A stretch of 64,000 nucleotides of DNA, taken from Candidatus Latescibacterota bacterium. GTDB taxonomy: Bacteria > Latescibacterota > UBA2968 > GCA-2709665. This document shows, piece after piece, positions 59,749-64,000 of the stretch. Below the pieces are notes generated by a model. The model ran no database searches and was not told the origin of the DNA. It saw only the letters and a program-made list of their open reading frames with translations. Made by a program: the position numbers and the translations under genes. The first letter of the stretch is position 1. The number at the start of each line of letters is the position of its first letter. The stretch covers positions 5,088,001 through 5,152,000 of the forward strand of contig OZ244937.1 of assembly GCA_965222075.1 (NCBI GenBank), in the 5' to 3' direction.

Positions 59749-59994
59749 ATGACCACCGACACCAGTGAAAAGGGGCTTGAAAGCCTGATTTGTACGGCGC
59801 TGACCGGCCACCCGAACGATAGGACGCCATCAGGCGCGGTGCGTGAAGCGGCTTCGCAGTTGCCGGAGGAAGCGGATGACCAGGACCTTATAGACGATGG
59901 CTTCCCACTGACGGACGACATGAGCGGCAACTATTACGATGATGACGACGAGGCAACAGAGAAGCCAGCAATGGAAAGCGAGGTGACCGTATGA
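59749..59994 (+). pseudogene. Chimeric remnant: hsdR-like 5' end fused to hsdS-like 3' tail
   Basis: MTTDTSEKGLESLIC resembles HsdR N-termini; VREAASQLPEE...EVTV* parallels the tail at 57880-58008. Confidence 0.75.
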
Positions 59995-60218
59995 CGGACT
60001 GGGAGACGTGCCCGGCGGTAGAACGACGTCCTGGCAAGCTCAATGGGGCCTGGACATTTGCCGGAACGCGGGTGCCCGTGTCCGCCCTTTTCGAGAATCT
60101 TGGTAGCGGGGCCACGGTTGAACAGTTTCTGGACTGGTTCCCGGGAGTGGACGAATGGAAGGTCAGAGCTGTTCTTCAACACGAAGCCAATGCCCTTAAG
60201 ACTCCGGCGCAATCGTGA
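59991..60218 (+). CDS. DUF433 family antitoxin
   Basis: GAWTFAGTRVPV.ALFENL..G..VEQFL..FP. Confidence 0.88.
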   Translation: MTDWETCPAVERRPGKLNGAWTFAGTRVPVSALFENLGSGATVEQFLDWFPGVDEWKVRAVLQHEANALKTPAQS

Positions 60219-60532
60219 AGATTCTCTTTGATCAGGGCACGCCAGTACCTCTCCGCCAGCATCTCACCGATCACTCGGTGGATACAGCCTCAGAGCGAGG
60301 CTGGTCCGACCTGGATAACGGAGACCTGATCGAGAAGGCGGAGCAGGAGGGTTACCAGGTCTTCGTTACCACCGATCAGAGTATGCGATACCAGCAGAAC
60401 CTTGCAACTGGGCGACTGGCGATTGTAGTCCTGCTCTCCACCGCATGGCCCAACATCCGGCACCGAATAGAAGAGATCCGTAAGGCCCTCATCGAAATAC
60501 AACCCGGAGAGTTGAAGGAAATCCCGATTTGA
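60215..60532 (+). CDS. DUF5615/VapC45-like PIN toxin
   Basis: ILFDQGTP, GW..L.NGDL, TTDQSMRYQQNL. Confidence 0.85.
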   Translation: MKILFDQGTPVPLRQHLTDHSVDTASERGWSDLDNGDLIEKAEQEGYQVFVTTDQSMRYQQNLATGRLAIVVLLSTAWPNIRHRIEEIRKALIEIQPGELKEIPI

Positions 60533-60550
60533 GCAGAGGCGAAGGATAGC

Positions 60551-60595
60551 GTGACGACTGACACCAGCAAAAGGGGCTTGAGCAATTTCATCTGT
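60551..60595 (+). repeat. hsdR-like 5'-end remnant copy 2 (frameshifted)
   Basis: GTGACGACTGACACCAGC-AAAAGGGGCTTGAG vs ATGACCACCGACACCAGTGAAAAGGGGCTTGAA at 59749. Confidence 0.8.
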
Positions 60596-60652
60596 CCGAT
60601 GACTCGGAAACGCTCGACGCGAGGGATGAATTTTCCGCAATGGAGATAGTTG

Positions 60653-61912
60653 ATGATTACGCTGATTGAAGCCCTGAACTACCGCTGTTTACGGTATGTG
60701 CAGAGACCTCTGAACCCGTTTCATGCCCTGGTCGGCCCGAATGCGTCGGGTAAGACAACCTTTTTGGACGTTATCGGTTTTCTGCGTGATCTGGTATCCG
60801 AGGGGTTGGACACGGCCCTGTCGGCGCGTGCCTTGAATCCTGAAGAGCTTCTCTTTCGGCGGCAAGGGGACGGGCTGGAACTGGCGGTCGAGGCACGGAT
60901 TCCCGAGGCGCTGCGCAAATTGACGTCAAAACCGGATTTGGACACGGTAAGGTACGAGGTGGCTATCGGATTTGAGGAAACACAGCGCCAGTTCGAGTTC
61001 AAGGCCGAGCGCCTGTTATTGAAAAAGGCAAAGGATTTAGGGCCGCTACAGCGCTCATTATTCCCCATGTCGCCCAGCGCGCCGGGTTCGTTGCTGACCA
61101 ATATCCGCAAACAAGACAATAAGCTCGTGATCAACAAAGTATCAGGTGGGAATGACAATTTCTACAGCGAGACCTATAATCGTCCGGGCAAGGGCTGGGC
61201 GCCTTCGATCAAACTGGGACCGCAAAGATCGGCCCTGGGCCACCTTCTGGTAGATGAAAGCGCTTTTCCCGTGGCGATATGGTTTCAGAAATATCTGATC
61301 ACCGGAGTGCAGAGGTTTGTGCTCAACAGCCTTGCGATCAAGCGTCCCAGTTCTCCAACGCGGGCTGTGGGTTTTTTGCCGGATGGGTCAAATCTGCCAT
61401 GGGTTGTCGCTCGTCTGCGCCACAAAGACCAGGAACGACATCGCGCCTGGATCAAGCACCTGCAAACCGCTCTGCCCGATCTGGTGGACATCACAACTTT
61501 CGAGCGCCCGGAAGATAAGCATTGTTATATGATCTACGAGTATGAGGAAGGACTGAAAGTGCCTTCGTGGCTGGTTTCCGATGGCACACTTCGACTTACG
61601 GCACTCACCTTGCCCGCATATCTGACCGATCTTCAAGGTATTTACCTGATAGAGGAACCGGAGAATGGGGTGCATCCGAGGGCGGTGTCAACCGTGTACG
61701 ATTCCCTTTCTTCTATGTATGAAGCCCAGGTGTTGTTAGCGACCCATTCGCCGGTAGTACTGAGTACAGCCAGAATGGATGATGTGCTTTGCTTTGCCAA
61801 AGATGACGATGGTTCAACAGACATTGTTCTCGGTTCCGAACATCCCTTGCTTCAAAAGTGGCAGGGCGAGGTCGATCTTGGCACATTGCTTGCATCGGGA
61901 GTTTTGGGATGA
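60653..61912 (+). CDS. ABC/AAA_21-type ATPase (MAD3-like defence ATPase)
   Basis: Walker A GPNASGKT, SDGT signature, Walker B IEEPENGVHP, THSP. Confidence 0.88.
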   Translation: MITLIEALNYRCLRYVQRPLNPFHALVGPNASGKTTFLDVIGFLRDLVSEGLDTALSARALNPEELLFRRQGDGLELAVEARIPEALRKLTSKPDLDTVRYEVAIGFEETQRQFEFKAERLLLKKAKDLGPLQRSLFPMSPSAPGSLLTNIRKQDNKLVINKVSGGNDNFYSETYNRPGKGWAPSIKLGPQRSALGHLLVDESAFPVAIWFQKYLITGVQRFVLNSLAIKRPSSPTRAVGFLPDGSNLPWVVARLRHKDQERHRAWIKHLQTALPDLVDITTFERPEDKHCYMIYEYEEGLKVPSWLVSDGTLRLTALTLPAYLTDLQGIYLIEEPENGVHPRAVSTVYDSLSSMYEAQVLLATHSPVVLSTARMDDVLCFAKDDDGSTDIVLGSEHPLLQKWQGEVDLGTLLASGVLG

Positions 61913-61952
61913 ACCGGAAAGACCTGGTTGTTCTCGCGGCTGACAAAGACAT

Positions 61953-63398
61953 CAATGGTTCGGTCAATTTTAGGCAGCAATTTTGCCATAATCGCGTAGC
62001 CTTTGGTATTGAGAGGATTTTTTCATCAAATTTAGGTCGAGATCTAACATTGAGAAAATATGCTGGAGAAAAAATGTGTTGAAATAACAGGCTTTTATGC
62101 TTGCCATAGAAAAGGTTCCAGGCTCAGTGTCTGCATACGCCTGTAGGTGCTCCAGTTTGGCTAAATTGAGGGTTGTCAGAGACGCATTGAAGTGGAAATC
62201 CAGTCGGGCTTGATCTCTGGCTTGACAGTCGCATAAGCCGGTAAACTGTTTGGCATCCCTGAAGATAAATTCGATCTGAAATCTTGCTTTGTAATATCTG
62301 ACAAGCGTCTTAGCGTCTAATTCTGTATCGGTGGAAAACAAGATCGTATATTTCTTCTTGTCCTTGTTGCGCTCATCTACCAAGACGACGATTTTCAAAT
62401 TGCGTTTCAAGGAGACATGGTTCAGGATGAGGGTATAGATGGCGATGCCATCTTGTGTCTCAACATATGAAAACCGCGACAGATCTTGCCAGTTGACTTT
62501 GCCATCGTAGGTCTTTTGCCTGCCGCTGCCGTGTTCGCGTTTTGGACCGGTATAGAGAAAGCGCATATTGGCGTCGCCACGTAATTTGCCGATCTGGTGC
62601 AGGTCCAATTCACAGACCCCATTGACAAATTTCTTCTTGCTAAAATAACCATCGCCAACGACATATTTTTCGGGCTCTAACAAGCTGGGTTGGACATCGA
62701 TGAGATGCTGTAAATACTGATCCAGAAGGGTTTCGTCATCCTCTGCCTGTTTGGAACGTTTCTTTTTCGATTTGGCTTTTCCCTTTTTCTTGGTGCACTT
62801 TTTAGAGGTGGGCTTGTTCTTCTCTTTGGGCTTGGTGACTTCCTCTTTGGGCCTAGCATCAGACGCTTGAGGTTCCTCTCCTGGATCGGTTTGGCGAACC
62901 GAGAGCGTAAAGCCAGTGTTTTTCAAAATATCCACGATCGCCACACTGGAGACTTCCAACCCCTTTTCTGAACGACGATGACAGCCGTTCCAGAATGAAT
63001 CCAGGCCATACGTCTTTTTGCCTGACTTAGATACGAAGGAAGCATCTATGACAATGATCCGGTCGCTTTCCCTTCCCAAGCCTTCATCGATCACCGATCG
63101 GTTGAAAGCGACAAACGCAAAGGGTTTGGCAAACTGACGTGAATAAGTCTCCTCGGACACATCCGAATAACGCGATAGATTGCGGCAATTGATCTTGCCC
63201 CGTGCTGTTAGAATCGCTGTAAACACAGCGACCAAAAACTTCCTTTGAGGCTTGGAAATCTTGAAACTCTTGAGTATCTTTTCTGTCAGTTCCATTGTGC
63301 CGTCTCACTTGTCGAGGGGATCTTTGACTGGGTGGTTTAAGATCCCTACAATTTGTGGGTACGGCACTTTTTTGTCAAAATAAATAACCGAACTATTG
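61953..63398 (-). mobile_element. Insertion sequence (DDE transposase, IS4/IS701-like)
   Basis: Imperfect IRs CAATGGTTCGGT / ACCGAACTATTG; 5-bp target duplication GACAT at 61948-61952 and 63399-63403. Confidence 0.92.
61970..63295 (-). CDS. DDE transposase
   Basis: IDAS, GDGYF, YKARFQIEFIFRDAKQ (YREK-like motif). Confidence 0.92.
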   Translation of the reverse strand: MELTEKILKSFKISKPQRKFLVAVFTAILTARGKINCRNLSRYSDVSEETYSRQFAKPFAFVAFNRSVIDEGLGRESDRIIVIDASFVSKSGKKTYGLDSFWNGCHRRSEKGLEVSSVAIVDILKNTGFTLSVRQTDPGEEPQASDARPKEEVTKPKEKNKPTSKKCTKKKGKAKSKKKRSKQAEDDETLLDQYLQHLIDVQPSLLEPEKYVVGDGYFSKKKFVNGVCELDLHQIGKLRGDANMRFLYTGPKREHGSGRQKTYDGKVNWQDLSRFSYVETQDGIAIYTLILNHVSLKRNLKIVVLVDERNKDKKKYTILFSTDTELDAKTLVRYYKARFQIEFIFRDAKQFTGLCDCQARDQARLDFHFNASLTTLNLAKLEHLQAYADTEPGTFSMASIKACYFNTFFLQHIFSMLDLDLNLMKKSSQYQRLRDYGKIAA

Positions 63399-64000
63399 GA
63401 CATGGAACATGCGTTGAAAGGGTTGCTGTCGAGGCCGCAGGCACTGGGTATTCGGGCAATCGAGGCGGACATCAGTATCCATCCGGGACACGACCCTGCA
63501 TGCGCGGGTTATGGCGTTGATTACTTGTCGAATTTCTCGGAATATTATCGCTATGGTCTGCTCATGTTTGATCACGAAGGAAGCGGCAGAGAGCAGACCC
63601 AGCCCCAGGCGTTGCAAGAGACTCTTAACAATGACTTCGCGCGTTCAGCATGGGGCGAACGCGCAAGAGCAGTCATCTTGTCGCCGGAACTTGAGGCGTG
63701 GGTATGGAGTGATTCTCTCCATGTTGACGCGGTCGCAGGATGGAAGAACCGGCAGCCTTCGCTCCGTAGCTGGATGGTTGAGCAAGGCTGGCTGGAGGAA
63801 GGGGAGGTTAAGCCCGTACGGCCCAAAGAGGCGTTTCAAGCAGCCTTGCGCGAGGCGCGAATACCACGCAGTTCATCCCTGTATCAGCAGATTGCGGAAA
63901 AGGTTTCCTTACACCGATGTACGGATCGTTCGTTCCAGGAATTCAAAGACGTTTTGGGAAGTTGGTTTCCGCGAGACAGCCGGTATTGAAGGACGCATCT

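Larger units (their letters stand above)
61909..63989 (+). pseudogene. ATPase partner protein (MAD4/DUF4276-like) interrupted by an IS
   Basis: Removing the IS and one GACAT gives MNRKDLVVLAADKD-MEHALKGLLSRP...FDHEG...PELEAWVW...PKE in frame; ATGA overlap with the ATPase stop. Confidence 0.85.

Noticed and set aside
59749-60595. Functional hsdR
   Set aside because: Only two short 5' remnants are present; no nuclease or helicase motifs occur in the window. A full gene may lie downstream.
43831-60600. Classical integron or hsdS inversion shufflon
   Set aside because: No tyrosine recombinase, no recognisable attC sites, all repeats are direct, and there is no second set of TRDs.

Overview
This is a GC-rich bacterial window with nearly all genes on the + strand. 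Its gene content (TonB receptor + C-terminal-sorted protein + PorV, DUF4838, DUF6785-like transporter, expanded PhyH and beta-propeller families) suggests an FCB-group lineage such as Latescibacterota; this is inference only. Positions 1-42.8 kb are catabolic and uptake genes: ETF/acyl-CoA dehydrogenase, hydantoinase/oxoprolinase, a SusCD-independent PUL-like module, and two Fe/2OG enzymes with an H-x-G halogenase-like motif. Positions 42.9-64 kb are a defence hotspot built on a type I restriction-modification locus (hsdM and hsdS intact; only 5' remnants of hsdR in the window). Diverged direct copies of the hsdM tail, hsdS head, hsdS tail and hsdR head bracket cargo modules in head-to-tail order, which looks like an integrase-free cassette stack. 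Cargo includes several TA pairs, Fic, a five-gene 'unknown-TIR-Nmad2-MazG-UDG' operon, an 11x14-bp perfect tandem repeat, an IS5-split DUF1883-TIR gene, an AlbA_2/HATPase protein followed by four spaced AATTGA-N5-AATTGA-type boxes, and an ATPase plus an IS-split partner (MAD3/MAD4-like). No rRNA, tRNA, CRISPR array or integrase was recognised. All family calls come from motif recognition by eye, not database searches.
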